A DNA stretch of 64,000 bases from a virus (IMGVR_UViG_3300010352_001405:32001-96000), one strand, 5' to 3'. Shown: positions 32,780 through 43,254, counted from the stretch's first letter. A program made the numbers and translations. The notes: generated from the sequence alone by a model not told the origin.

Positions 32780-33831
32780 GAAAATATACAGAAACTATAT
32801 GTAATTCCGATTATGAAATATTGACAGACGTTGGATTCGTTGATATAAAATCAATATCTATAACCATACCTTATATTACTTGGATATTGAAAACAGAAAA
32901 TTTTGAATTAAAATGTGCTGATACTCACATAGTATTTGATGATAATATGAACGAAATCTTCGTCAAGAATTTGAAAATAAATGATTTAATTTTTACTATA
33001 AATGGAATAGAAAAAGTCATATCCATAATAGAAACTGATCATGAAGAAAATATGATTGATATTGAATTATCTGAAAAATCAGAAAAAAGATTTTTTGTCA
33101 ATGGAATATTATCACATAATAGCACTCTATTAAGATATATTGCAGGATTACAAACTCCAACAAGTGGTGAAATTCTTTTAAATGGAAACCCACTTACTGA
33201 AAAAGAACATATACCTATGGTTTTTCAACAATATTCATCATTTCCTTGGTATTCTGTTTTAGAAAATATTGCTCTTCCTTTGATTTTAAATAAAACTCCA
33301 AAAAAAGAAGCAAGAGAAAGAGCTATGGAAATGATTAAAATTGTTGGTTTAGAAGGACATGAAAATAAATATGCTAAATATCCATTATTATCGGGTGGTC
33401 AATTACAGAGAGTAGCCATAGCGAGAAATCTTGTCGCTAATTCGAGTATTCTTTTAATGGATGAACCATTTGGGGCGTTGGATATAGTAACACGTAGATC
33501 AATGCAGGTTTTTTTAAGAAAAATCTTTCAGGACAATAACAAAATAGATCCCACTGTTATTCTTGTAACACATGATATTAGAGAAGCTATATTTTTATCA
33601 ACAGATATATTTATTCTAGATGCAAATCCAGCCAATGTGAGATGTCATATTGAAGTGGATCTCCCCGATGTGAGAGATATACATCTTAAAAGAGAATCAA
33701 AATTTTTAGAATATGTTAATTTTATTGAGGATTTCATGGAAAAACTAGAAGTTGAAAATGAAGCAAAAAAAACAAAGAAAGTAATAGAACAAAAAAAGAA
33801 AAAAGGTAATTTTTTATTTAAACCAGTATGA
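32776..33831 (+). CDS. Split-intein IntC (115 aa, to 33120) plus ABC ATPase C-extein (TauB/SsuB-like)
   Basis: CADTH block, NGILSHN|STLLRYIAGL, LSGGQ, LLMDEPFGALD, VTHD. Confidence 0.92.
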   Translation: MRKYTETICNSDYEILTDVGFVDIKSISITIPYITWILKTENFELKCADTHIVFDDNMNEIFVKNLKINDLIFTINGIEKVISIIETDHEENMIDIELSEKSEKRFFVNGILSHNSTLLRYIAGLQTPTSGEILLNGNPLTEKEHIPMVFQQYSSFPWYSVLENIALPLILNKTPKKEARERAMEMIKIVGLEGHENKYAKYPLLSGGQLQRVAIARNLVANSSILLMDEPFGALDIVTRRSMQVFLRKIFQDNNKIDPTVILVTHDIREAIFLSTDIFILDANPANVRCHIEVDLPDVRDIHLKRESKFLEYVNFIEDFMEKLEVENEAKKTKKVIEQKKKKGNFLFKPV

Positions 33832-33902
33832 AAAAGATTATAAAAATAGAATTTGACAAACAATTTTTTGGAAAAAATGAAATATAAATAAAAATTAAAA
33901 AA

Positions 33903-34163
33903 ATGAAAATAGGAACATTAGAACACCCAGATATATGTCCAAAATGTGGAAAAAAGGTAATAGAATCTCCTAAATATTTAGAAGAGAAAGAATTCTCGTC
34001 TAAAGTGTATAGTGTATTTACTATCAAATGTTTAGATAATGCGTGTGGATATGAAACTGAACCATATAAAATTTTATGGGAGTCAACTATTAACAAAAAA
34101 CCTATTGATGTTACGCCAAAAAAAGAAAATTTTTTAAAAAGATTATTAAAATTTAAAAAATGA
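33903..34163 (+). CDS. Small Zn-ribbon protein
   Basis: CPKCG...CLDNACG. Confidence 0.6.
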   Translation: MKIGTLEHPDICPKCGKKVIESPKYLEEKEFSSKVYSVFTIKCLDNACGYETEPYKILWESTINKKPIDVTPKKENFLKRLLKFKK

Positions 34164-34242
34164 AAATATACTTATTAGAAATATGGTAAATTGAATCAGT
34201 TTTCATCTCTAATATATACAATTAAAAAAAATTAAAAAAAAT

Positions 34243-35040
34243 ATGATTGAAAAAATACGATATATTAAAAAATATAACGAAAGCTTTGATTCTTCCGATA
34301 TTGTAGAAGATGTTAAAAACATAACTAAATGGTTAAAAGAATATTTAAAAATTTCTGGAGCCAAGGGATTTGTAATTGGATTATCTGGGGGAGTAGATTC
34401 TAGTGCTGTTTGTGGTTTAGCTGTTGATGCAGCCGGAAAAGAAAATGTTATCGGTATTCTTTTACCATCTATAGTTGGATATAAAGATGATGTATTGGAT
34501 GGAAAAAGAGTCGCTAAACATTATGGAATAAAATATATTGTGCATCCAATAAAAGAAACTGTTTCCACAATAATAAAAGAAAATAAAGATATGCCGACAA
34601 TGGCTATAGCCAATATTCAAGCCAGGATAAGAATGACTTTGTTAAGAATGTATGCTGAATTGAATGGTTATCTTGTAATTGGAACCACTAATAAATCGGA
34701 AGATATGCTAGGATATTTTACCAAATCCGGTGATGGTGGTTCTGGAGTTGATGTTGAACCATTATCTCAATATTATAAATCAGAAATAAAGAAGTTTGCT
34801 AAATATTATAAATTACCATACGATTTAGTGAATAGAGTCCCGAGTGCAGGATTGTGGGCAAATCAAACGGATGAAGGTGAACTCGGATTCACTTATGATG
34901 ATTTTGAAAACTATTGGAAATGGAAATTATCTAAAAACGGAGATTGTCCTGTTACTGAAGAAGTTGTTAAAAAAATAGAAAAATTATATAGAACAACAGA
35001 ACATAAAAGAAACTTACCACCTTATTATAAGAGAAAATAA
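34243..35040 (+). CDS. nadE: NH3-dependent NAD+ synthetase
   Basis: GLSGGVDS, NIQARIRM, GTTNKSE, GYFTKSGDG, PSAGLW..QTDE, TEHKR. Confidence 0.95.
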   Translation: MIEKIRYIKKYNESFDSSDIVEDVKNITKWLKEYLKISGAKGFVIGLSGGVDSSAVCGLAVDAAGKENVIGILLPSIVGYKDDVLDGKRVAKHYGIKYIVHPIKETVSTIIKENKDMPTMAIANIQARIRMTLLRMYAELNGYLVIGTTNKSEDMLGYFTKSGDGGSGVDVEPLSQYYKSEIKKFAKYYKLPYDLVNRVPSAGLWANQTDEGELGFTYDDFENYWKWKLSKNGDCPVTEEVVKKIEKLYRTTEHKRNLPPYYKRK

Positions 35041-35046
35041 AAAAAT

Positions 35047-35997
35047 TTATTTTAAGACATTTTTCAAATCACATATTAACGAAAAAACATGAAGGGGTGG
35101 ATCCGTGGTGTTTTCGAATTCAGCGTTATATGTTTTATTTAATTCCAATAATTTAAATCCTTTATCTAAAATTATTTCTTTATGATTATTTAATAAATAT
35201 TGATAAAAAGGTCTTCCTAAAATATCAATTAACGTCTTTGGCTGATTTGCCCAATTATCCATAACAAAATAAAAGTTTTCTGAAAAGTTATTATTTTTAT
35301 TTAAAATAAAATCAAATATGTCTTTATAATTTCCTTCTATTGATATATTTTGATCTTCTGTTATATAAATAGTTTGCAAATCCTGAACAGACAATCTAAG
35401 ATCTGGAAAATTTGTATTAATTATTTTTTTTATCGTAATATCATCTACTGTCATTTTAGCATGTTTAACAACGCTCATCAAATATTTATAATAACCATTT
35501 AATAAAAAATTTCTTTCTTCATCATTCATTGGATTAAAACATATCTTATTGAATCTAGATAATAAAGGTCCTATTACTTTAGATATATCATTCATAGATA
35601 TTATAAATCTAATCCTGTGATCATATTTTTCCATAAATCCTTTAAATCCGTCTTGAAATTCAGGACTCGTTTTTTCAAATTCTTCAAGATAAACATATTT
35701 CATTTTATCATCAGTTTTGACAAGCGGAGATGGCATGGAATCACAAAAATCGAGCATTTTTTCTCTTAGTATATTTATACCATTATCTATGTTCGCATTT
35801 ATTTTCATCGAACATTTATCTTTGAGTAGAATATCTACTAATGTAGACTTTCCTGTTCCTTGACATCCATATAATAACCAATTTGCTTGATCTATACCCC
35901 TATTAAAATAATTCTTAATTCTAGGAAGTAAAACCATATTAGACATCGATTTTGGTCTATATTTTTCCCAGAAAAGTTTATTGACAATAGTTGACAT
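35047..35997 (-). CDS. Clamp loader AAA+ subunit (T4 gp44 / RFC-like)
   Basis: LFWEKYRPK, G.QGTGKS, INAN, YLEEFE, LLSRF, FPDLR. Confidence 0.9.
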   Translation of the reverse strand: MSTIVNKLFWEKYRPKSMSNMVLLPRIKNYFNRGIDQANWLLYGCQGTGKSTLVDILLKDKCSMKINANIDNGINILREKMLDFCDSMPSPLVKTDDKMKYVYLEEFEKTSPEFQDGFKGFMEKYDHRIRFIISMNDISKVIGPLLSRFNKICFNPMNDEERNFLLNGYYKYLMSVVKHAKMTVDDITIKKIINTNFPDLRLSVQDLQTIYITEDQNISIEGNYKDIFDFILNKNNNFSENFYFVMDNWANQPKTLIDILGRPFYQYLLNNHKEIILDKGFKLLELNKTYNAEFENTTDPPLHVFSLICDLKNVLK

Positions 35998-36052
35998 AAT
36001 ATTCTTTTTTATTTATTTTATGCTGAAAAGAATAAAATGTTTTTTTTAATAA

Positions 36053-37858
36053 TTAAATATCTCGGTAAGTATCATTTACTATGTATTCCCAATGCCATGG
36101 TTCAGCTTGTCTGGCACCTTTTCTAGCCCAACTTGGATTAACAATACCAAAACTTGGAGCATTTTTATCCATCCATTTATATACTTCAGAATCGAATGAA
36201 ATTCCACCACCCCTGGTAGAATCACCGATATCAACAGCTATACCCCAACCATGTAATGATCTACCAGGAGTTGCAGCAAGACTTCCTTTTCTTCTTTTAA
36301 CATCGACTTGAGCTTCATATGTTCTGTAAGAGTCTGTAACGTATATACTTTTGCTGAATTTTTTCATATATTCTATATTTAATTTTATATAATTTAAAGC
36401 AAAATGTTTTTCTAGCTTTGCTGTGTTTTTCAATTCTCCACTTGAATTCCCAACTTGTATTTTTGACATATATTTATCTGGTACTTCTCCATTTAATATT
36501 ATTTGGCCGTTTACGTTCTTTGTCTTTTGACCAGTTTTTGTTGTACCTGTTGCATAATTTTGTAAAGCTCCTCCTCCAGAAGTTGTAGATTTTTCAACAT
36601 ATTGTGATTGATCATCTGTAGTAAAAACCACACTTGGATCGTAATTTTCAGCGATATCTTCGGAAGAATCATCATAAACGTCATCATTATTTTCAAAAGC
36701 CATTCCGGATATAATATCATCGGGATCTGATTGATCTTCATATGTTTCATCACCCGAATTATAATTTAGTGCCCCATTACTTTTTTGTTCTTTCTTTTCT
36801 ATTTCTTTAGCTTCTTCTTCAGTAACATATTTATAAGTTTTTTCCGGTGTTGAAACTGGAACCATGACTTGTACATAATTTTCAATGTTTTTAAAATCGT
36901 AATCAGTGAATGAAGTCTCAGTGCCTTTTTTTTCGTATAGATTTATATCTTCATTGCTGTCTATTCCGAATGGTACTTCAGATAAACCTTCAACTATATT
37001 TCCGGATGAATCTTCGGAAGAGATAGAAGTCTTTTTAATTATTGACGATGGTATAGATTCTTTTAATTCGTTATTGCTTTTTTCAAATTGTTCTATAATT
37101 TTTTCTTTTAAAACTGGATCATTTGTTATATTATTATTTATATTGACCCCGTCGTGCATTTGACTAGAAGATGTTGGTGTTCTTTTAAGTTTTTCTACTT
37201 TTCTATTATCAACAATATTCACGTAATCAGATACAAAATCTTTTCTAAGATTTTCATATTCTGCGATTGATAGTTCTAATTCTGTTTTAAGTACATTTGC
37301 TCCTTTACTATCTAACAATGAAGTCGGTTTCTTTAAAATACTCATGAATTTATCCATCCATTCAAAATATCTTGTCCCTAAAACGGCTTGTTGCGTCGAA
37401 TTTTTTGTACCTATATTTAATTTTTGATTAGCATCCTTTAATTCTAAATTAATGTTTTCATTATCTATTGTTATTTTATTATATTTATAGTCCATAGTTA
37501 GATTTGTATCATCTGCGAAAATTTGTGTTCTATGATCAATCAATATGGCGAAAAAATTAACATATTCTTCGTCTGACATATCTTTTATTTTATTAAATAC
37601 ATTTATATTATAATGATCAGAATACATGTAATAAGGTTCATATAATATGTCATTTGGAAAAAAAACAGAAACTATTTTACCGATGGCAGGTACTTCAAAA
37701 GATCTAGCACTCAAGGACTTAATTGGGGTAGCCCAAGGAATATCTTCAACAGGTATATCATCAAATATACTTTGAACTCTAATTTTAACTCTACCGAGTC
37801 TATCTGGATCAACATTGTCTTCTACTAAACCGACCCATAATTTATCTAAGTCTTTCAC
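36053..37858 (-). CDS. Baseplate spike/hub (gp5-like OB domain) fused to an M15/VanY-type peptidoglycan peptidase
   Basis: GLVEDNVDPDRLGRVKIRV...IPWA; C-terminal SYRTYEAQ, PGRSLHGWGIAVD, EPWHWEY. Confidence 0.85.
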   Translation of the reverse strand: MKDLDKLWVGLVEDNVDPDRLGRVKIRVQSIFDDIPVEDIPWATPIKSLSARSFEVPAIGKIVSVFFPNDILYEPYYMYSDHYNINVFNKIKDMSDEEYVNFFAILIDHRTQIFADDTNLTMDYKYNKITIDNENINLELKDANQKLNIGTKNSTQQAVLGTRYFEWMDKFMSILKKPTSLLDSKGANVLKTELELSIAEYENLRKDFVSDYVNIVDNRKVEKLKRTPTSSSQMHDGVNINNNITNDPVLKEKIIEQFEKSNNELKESIPSSIIKKTSISSEDSSGNIVEGLSEVPFGIDSNEDINLYEKKGTETSFTDYDFKNIENYVQVMVPVSTPEKTYKYVTEEEAKEIEKKEQKSNGALNYNSGDETYEDQSDPDDIISGMAFENNDDVYDDSSEDIAENYDPSVVFTTDDQSQYVEKSTTSGGGALQNYATGTTKTGQKTKNVNGQIILNGEVPDKYMSKIQVGNSSGELKNTAKLEKHFALNYIKLNIEYMKKFSKSIYVTDSYRTYEAQVDVKRRKGSLAATPGRSLHGWGIAVDIGDSTRGGGISFDSEVYKWMDKNAPSFGIVNPSWARKGARQAEPWHWEYIVNDTYRDI

Positions 37859-40800
37859 CTTCTAAATTATCTTTTTTTTCTTCTCTTTTGTTTTTTTCTA
37901 AATCTTCTTCATTAACATTGAAATATTCCATTGGTAATTTATTTATTTTATCTCCTGAAATATTAGAATAGTCTAATTCCTTTCTATCAATTGAAGATTC
38001 ATCATTGACATTCATATTAATAATTTTCTTTTGAATATTCGTATTATTAATAATATCATTTTTTTCTAGGACTTTTTTAGTTATAATTTTTTCTTTATTG
38101 ACATTATAATTATCTAACGTTTTTTTGTCTTTACTGATTTCATCATTAATGTTAGAATATTCGATTGGATTTTTTTGAATAGTTTCAGAACTATTTAAAT
38201 TCAAATCAGGTATTATTTTTTCTACTGATGATTTATCATATTGAATAATTGGAATTTGTTTTTCATTTTTTTCAAATGGAGTTATATTAAACTCATCTAA
38301 TATGTTATTTTTAATTACAATATTATCTCCAATTATATTTCCAAGATTAGCTGTATTATTTGCTTCTATTATATTATTATACAACTTTATTTCATTTAAT
38401 CTATCATTCTCTTCAATTTCATTATCATATAATTTATCAAGATTAATTTTATTTTTTTCTTCAAATTTATATAAATATATTGGATCTAATAATTTTTTAA
38501 TCGAAGATTGTTCATAAACTCTGTCATAAGACATTTCTTCTTTTTGTTTTTTATCCATTGATATAAATCCTAAATTTATTAAATTTCTTTCAGAATTGTT
38601 ATTATATTTATAAATTTTTTCAAAATTTATATTTTGTTCAATTTTATTATATAAATAATTAACATTCATTATTTGACGATAAGACGTGTTAGAATACAAA
38701 TAATTTTGAGTTATTTCTTTTGCTGAAATTGCATTATTATATATTAATATAGTATCAAATGATCTTTTCATTACGGAGTTTTGATATAACGTTTCAAATT
38801 CGATATTATTATTTCTATTAACTTCATTATTATATGCCACTATATTGTCTAAAGTCTTTTTTATATTAACTGAATTTTCATAAGAAAATATTAATTCGAA
38901 TGGACTTATTTTTTTGATATCGTCATTTGCTCTTAAATTATTTAACTCCTTATTTATACTTATCGCGTTGTTGTATATATGATATTCATGCAAATCATTA
39001 AATTTCAATCTCTTAGTGAATAAATATGTTAAAGGCATAATATTAGAATGGTCCACTCCTAAAAACAAAACACCAAGATCCACAATTCTAGGATTATATA
39101 TGTTTTGATATAAATTTCCCATATTTCCAAAAATCTTTGGTTTAATTGATATGGATATTCTATCATTATCTAAAGGTAATTTATTATTAAAAGAATTATC
39201 TATATTTCCAAGTCCGCCTAATTGATGAGGTGTGAAACTAGTGTCTATATTTCCAAGATTGCCAAATACATGTGGGTTAAAATATAAATTTATATATCCC
39301 ATATCAACAGGATTAGATGGAAACGATACGAATGGAATAACACCAAGTCCGCCTAATTGATGAGGAGTGAAACTAGTATCTATATTTCCAAGATTGCCAA
39401 ATGGATGTGGGTTAAAATATAAATTTATATATCCCATATCAACGGGCTTAGGTGGAAAAGAAGCAAATGGAATAACACCGAGTCCGCCTAATTGATGAGG
39501 AGTGAAATATAAATTTATATATCCCATATCAACGGGCTTAGGTGGAAAAGAAGCAAATGGAATAACACCGAGTCCGCCTAATTGATGAGGAGTGAAATAT
39601 AAATTTATATATCCCATATCAACGGGCTTAGGTGCATAAGATACGAATGGAATATATCCAAGATTACCTAATGGACGAGGAGTGAAACTAGTGTCTATAT
39701 TTCCAAGATTTCCTATTAGTCGTGAATAGAAACTAGTATCAATATTACCTAAATCTATGTTTGGACTAGGATTGATTGACAAATCAATGGTTCCCATATC
39801 AACTGGAGTTAACTCTCTATGAGTCGTGTTTATTCTCCAATTTTCTGGATATGGTATAGATTGAGTTGATGTATTTATATAAAGAGGTGGCATCGGAGGG
39901 CCCAATCCATGAATACCTCCTAAGAACATATTAATTATTCTAAATGGTAATTCAAATAAAAAATTTCCGTAAATTTGACCATTTAAACTGTCTAATAAAT
40001 TCATATTATCATTTATAATGTCAGCTGTAGTTTTAGAATATCCATAATTCCATTCGGAATTAGAAACACTTGGTTCATAGGGCCTAGAAACATCAGCTAG
40101 GTCTTGAGAATGCATGAAATAAACGTCCGGATTGGTTGTTACAGTTGAGTCTGAATTTATCTCTGAGTTTATTATTGCTGGTTCATATATTCTTCCAATA
40201 TCTTCAAGATCGGATGTCCTATCTGTGTTTTCCGTATCTGACGACACTTTATTATAAAATTTATCATGATCATAATACGTTGAATCAGCTATACCATTAG
40301 TTCTTCCGGTGGATGTTTGTAAGTCATTATCATTATTATATTTTGATAAATTTGATAATTTTTCATTAAATGATTCAGGGGAAGAAGCATTATTTAAAAA
40401 TACCGTATTTAGACCATCTTTGAAACTTTCTACATTTTTATCCTTATTATTTAATTTTAGAGTGCTAGAACCATTTTCGAAAGAATCCATTATTAATGGA
40501 TTTTCTGTTTCAATTTCAATAGATTTATAATAAATATCAAATTTCAAACTAGCTGGTTTATCAATTTTTCCGGCATCAAATCCACCAACAGTTAACGAAT
40601 CATCAAAATTTTTAGAATCAAAGAAATTAAATGAACAATCTCTTAAAACGTATATGATATAAGATTTATCGAATTTTGTAGTAGTTCCTGTATCACCTTC
40701 GGGTATATAATATGACATGTTTCTAACATCAGATATTTTTATGTACATATTAAACCTCAATAAATTAGCCGGAATCATATATCTTTGTTCTTTATATGAA

Positions 40801-41381
40801 TATGCCAAATTTTTGTATAAATTAGATAAATATGATGAAATCATTGATAAATCTTCATTTAAAGTTATTGTTATTTTATCTTTTTCAAAATCTACCATTT
40901 TTTTAGTTAAAAGATTCAAGCCTTCTATACTGTTGATATAATAGGATTTATTTCTTTCTAATTGATTGAAATTAGTGTTAAATAAAAAATATAATGTTTT
41001 TAGAAATTCAGAATGTAATTTTTTTCTTGCGTTAATTGCTGGAATATTACCATAATCATCTAAAAATTTAGATAAACCATATTTATATGTTGTTCCTGAT
41101 TCAACTATAAATAAAGGAGAATATCGAGTATCCAATACTATATCAAAAATAGGAAATAAAGGATCTTGAAAAAAGAACATAGGGTCTGAATATTTCCCAC
41201 TCAAATCAGCATAATCTAAACCGTATTTAAAATTAGTTGAATCATAATCGACTGTGGTCTGCACATCAACAAAAGATGGTTCTATAACTTGTTTATAATC
41301 ACTATCGTAACCACTACCGTCCTTACCGTCTGGTATTTTTGGAATGTATTTATTAACTGACATTATGTTTATATCATCCAT
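37842..41381 (-). CDS. Large putative structural (baseplate/tail-associated) protein with internal repeats
   Basis: 1179 aa inside the baseplate cluster; 15-aa module repeats. Confidence 0.6.
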   Translation of the reverse strand: MDDINIMSVNKYIPKIPDGKDGSGYDSDYKQVIEPSFVDVQTTVDYDSTNFKYGLDYADLSGKYSDPMFFFQDPLFPIFDIVLDTRYSPLFIVESGTTYKYGLSKFLDDYGNIPAINARKKLHSEFLKTLYFLFNTNFNQLERNKSYYINSIEGLNLLTKKMVDFEKDKITITLNEDLSMISSYLSNLYKNLAYSYKEQRYMIPANLLRFNMYIKISDVRNMSYYIPEGDTGTTTKFDKSYIIYVLRDCSFNFFDSKNFDDSLTVGGFDAGKIDKPASLKFDIYYKSIEIETENPLIMDSFENGSSTLKLNNKDKNVESFKDGLNTVFLNNASSPESFNEKLSNLSKYNNDNDLQTSTGRTNGIADSTYYDHDKFYNKVSSDTENTDRTSDLEDIGRIYEPAIINSEINSDSTVTTNPDVYFMHSQDLADVSRPYEPSVSNSEWNYGYSKTTADIINDNMNLLDSLNGQIYGNFLFELPFRIINMFLGGIHGLGPPMPPLYINTSTQSIPYPENWRINTTHRELTPVDMGTIDLSINPSPNIDLGNIDTSFYSRLIGNLGNIDTSFTPRPLGNLGYIPFVSYAPKPVDMGYINLYFTPHQLGGLGVIPFASFPPKPVDMGYINLYFTPHQLGGLGVIPFASFPPKPVDMGYINLYFNPHPFGNLGNIDTSFTPHQLGGLGVIPFVSFPSNPVDMGYINLYFNPHVFGNLGNIDTSFTPHQLGGLGNIDNSFNNKLPLDNDRISISIKPKIFGNMGNLYQNIYNPRIVDLGVLFLGVDHSNIMPLTYLFTKRLKFNDLHEYHIYNNAISINKELNNLRANDDIKKISPFELIFSYENSVNIKKTLDNIVAYNNEVNRNNNIEFETLYQNSVMKRSFDTILIYNNAISAKEITQNYLYSNTSYRQIMNVNYLYNKIEQNINFEKIYKYNNNSERNLINLGFISMDKKQKEEMSYDRVYEQSSIKKLLDPIYLYKFEEKNKINLDKLYDNEIEENDRLNEIKLYNNIIEANNTANLGNIIGDNIVIKNNILDEFNITPFEKNEKQIPIIQYDKSSVEKIIPDLNLNSSETIQKNPIEYSNINDEISKDKKTLDNYNVNKEKIITKKVLEKNDIINNTNIQKKIINMNVNDESSIDRKELDYSNISGDKINKLPMEYFNVNEEDLEKNKREEKKDNLEGERLR
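39190..39800 (-). repeat. Intragenic 45-bp (15-aa) module array including a perfect 90-bp tandem (39415-39634)
   Basis: Modules LGNIDTSFTPHQLGG, LGVIPFASFPPKPVD and MGYINLYF[T/N]PH recur. Confidence 0.85.
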
Positions 41382-41386
41382 TTTAT

Positions 41387-42787
41387 TTATTTATTTTCAG
41401 TTCCTTTACTATCTCTCTCACCAAGGGCTGTTAATTCCCTTTTAACCACAGTTATTTCTTGAACCATTTTGCCTCGTTTTTTCCCTCTTTTTGTATATGT
41501 GAAATTTATACCTATAATTAACCAATCACCACTTAATCTTTCGTTTAATTTATATTTGTCTTGATTTTTAGCTTTTTCAACATCAGATTTAGTAACTGGA
41601 TTTAAATCAGAATCAAGTTCACGTAATTTATATATTTCAATATTCACTGGTTGAAATCTATATAATTGAAAATTAATATTTTTAAGAATTATATTCATTC
41701 TTATTTTTTGTAAAAATTCCAAATTATGTTCGTTTAATTTATCAGCGTATAAATAATTCTTATGAGCATTATTTTGATCTAATTTTCCTAAAAAATAATT
41801 TTTTCTTTGATTTATTCCATAATTATTATCTTTTGGTTGTCCTTTCATAACTATCAAATTATTCTTATCGCTTTTCGAAGAAATGGTATCTAATTTGACA
41901 ATTGAAAAATTCTTATCTTTTAAATCATAATAATAAATATATGGATTATATCCTAATGTGAAATTAACATCGGTCGAATTGTTTATTAAATTATATTTAT
42001 CAATATATAGATTAGTGGAATTCTTATCTGGGTGATTTGATAAAATTAATGGAAGAGTAGTTTGTTCTCCTGTTAAACTTTCTGTACTAGCCATTGTTTT
42101 ACTATTAGTGTTTTCCTTTAATTGTTTTTCAATGTCAATATAATTTAAATTATAAAAGAAATCAACATAAGCCCAAGTGAATGTATCATCACTTATGTAT
42201 GATTTTTTGACAATTTCAGGTATTTGTTCTCTCACAAAATCAACACCACAGTTTATCCACACCATTTCATCATTAGTCTTTTCTATATTTGAAGCAAATC
42301 CCAAATCTGTCTTTTCGGCAATTGTTTTTAAAACATCATAACTCGTTCCTTTATTACTACTGTTTTGAATATAATATGGTACATTTAACTCTCCAAATAA
42401 CTCATATATTTTGTCTTCTACATCCCCTCCTTTATTTTTTACAGCACCGAATTTTGTAATATAAAAATCCATTCTAATTGACATCAATAATTCGGAGTTA
42501 GATCTTATTAAGATACTTACTATTTGTTGATCTAATGGATATTTGGAATCAAATATTTTATTTGTTGGATCTCTAAATGTCATTTCAATCATAGGTAGAA
42601 ATCTATCATTATAAAGCCTAAAATATATAACATCATTATTTTCAACAGTAACCCCATTAATAACAATGTATGGTAATTTTCCAATACTATCACTATAATC
42701 TTTAGCATCTTTATCCTTAACCCCCTCTTTATATTCCATTTGGATGGTTAATAATTTTTTATTTGATCTATTTATAACCTCTATCAT
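41387..42787 (-). CDS. Putative baseplate hub protein (gp27-like)
   Basis: Position next to the gp5-like gene; C-terminal LSGDWLIIGINF. Confidence 0.5.
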   Translation of the reverse strand: MIEVINRSNKKLLTIQMEYKEGVKDKDAKDYSDSIGKLPYIVINGVTVENNDVIYFRLYNDRFLPMIEMTFRDPTNKIFDSKYPLDQQIVSILIRSNSELLMSIRMDFYITKFGAVKNKGGDVEDKIYELFGELNVPYYIQNSSNKGTSYDVLKTIAEKTDLGFASNIEKTNDEMVWINCGVDFVREQIPEIVKKSYISDDTFTWAYVDFFYNLNYIDIEKQLKENTNSKTMASTESLTGEQTTLPLILSNHPDKNSTNLYIDKYNLINNSTDVNFTLGYNPYIYYYDLKDKNFSIVKLDTISSKSDKNNLIVMKGQPKDNNYGINQRKNYFLGKLDQNNAHKNYLYADKLNEHNLEFLQKIRMNIILKNINFQLYRFQPVNIEIYKLRELDSDLNPVTKSDVEKAKNQDKYKLNERLSGDWLIIGINFTYTKRGKKRGKMVQEITVVKRELTALGERDSKGTENK

Positions 42788-43254
42788 TTAAATCTATCTA
42801 TTATTTTTATAGTCTTATTATCATAATCAATATCAACATCTTTTAAATTACTAGGTTTTATTGTCGGTGGTAGTCCGATTCCAGTATCTCTATTCGGATC
42901 TTTTTTAGTATCTTTATTTGGATTAACTAATTCATTAATAATTTCTTCTTGATCAGTTTTTGGTTGAACTTTTAAACCATTTAAATCGTCTTCATCTAAG
43001 AAATAAATAATACTTCCACCTTTTATTGACCAAGGATTTAATATGTTATTTATTGTCAATAATTCATCAATATAAGCAAAATTACCGTATATACTATAAC
43101 ATATTAAATCAATTCTCATAGCCTCTTCTTCTGAAACTATATATGGATAATAATTCAAAGTATCATCTATTACCAAAATAGGATCAACTATATCGGTTAG
43201 ATTATCTTGATTTTTCATTTTATCTGCTGTTTCTAAAGTATATAAATAACTCAT
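42784..43254 (-). CDS. Baseplate wedge gp53-like (LysM-like) protein; probable start at 43254
   Basis: MRIDLICYSIYG...LLTINNILNPWSIKGG; ATG at 43254 avoids overlap with the upstream gene. Confidence 0.7.
   Translation of the reverse strand: MSYLYTLETADKMKNQDNLTDIVDPILVIDDTLNYYPYIVSEEEAMRIDLICYSIYGNFAYIDELLTINNILNPWSIKGGSIIYFLDEDDLNGLKVQPKTDQEEIINELVNPNKDTKKDPNRDTGIGLPPTIKPSNLKDVDIDYDNKTIKIIDRFK

Noticed and set aside
39190-39800. Diversity-generating retroelement TR/VR pair
   Set aside because: Repeats are tandem and intragenic, differences are not adenine-specific, and no reverse transcriptase is in the window
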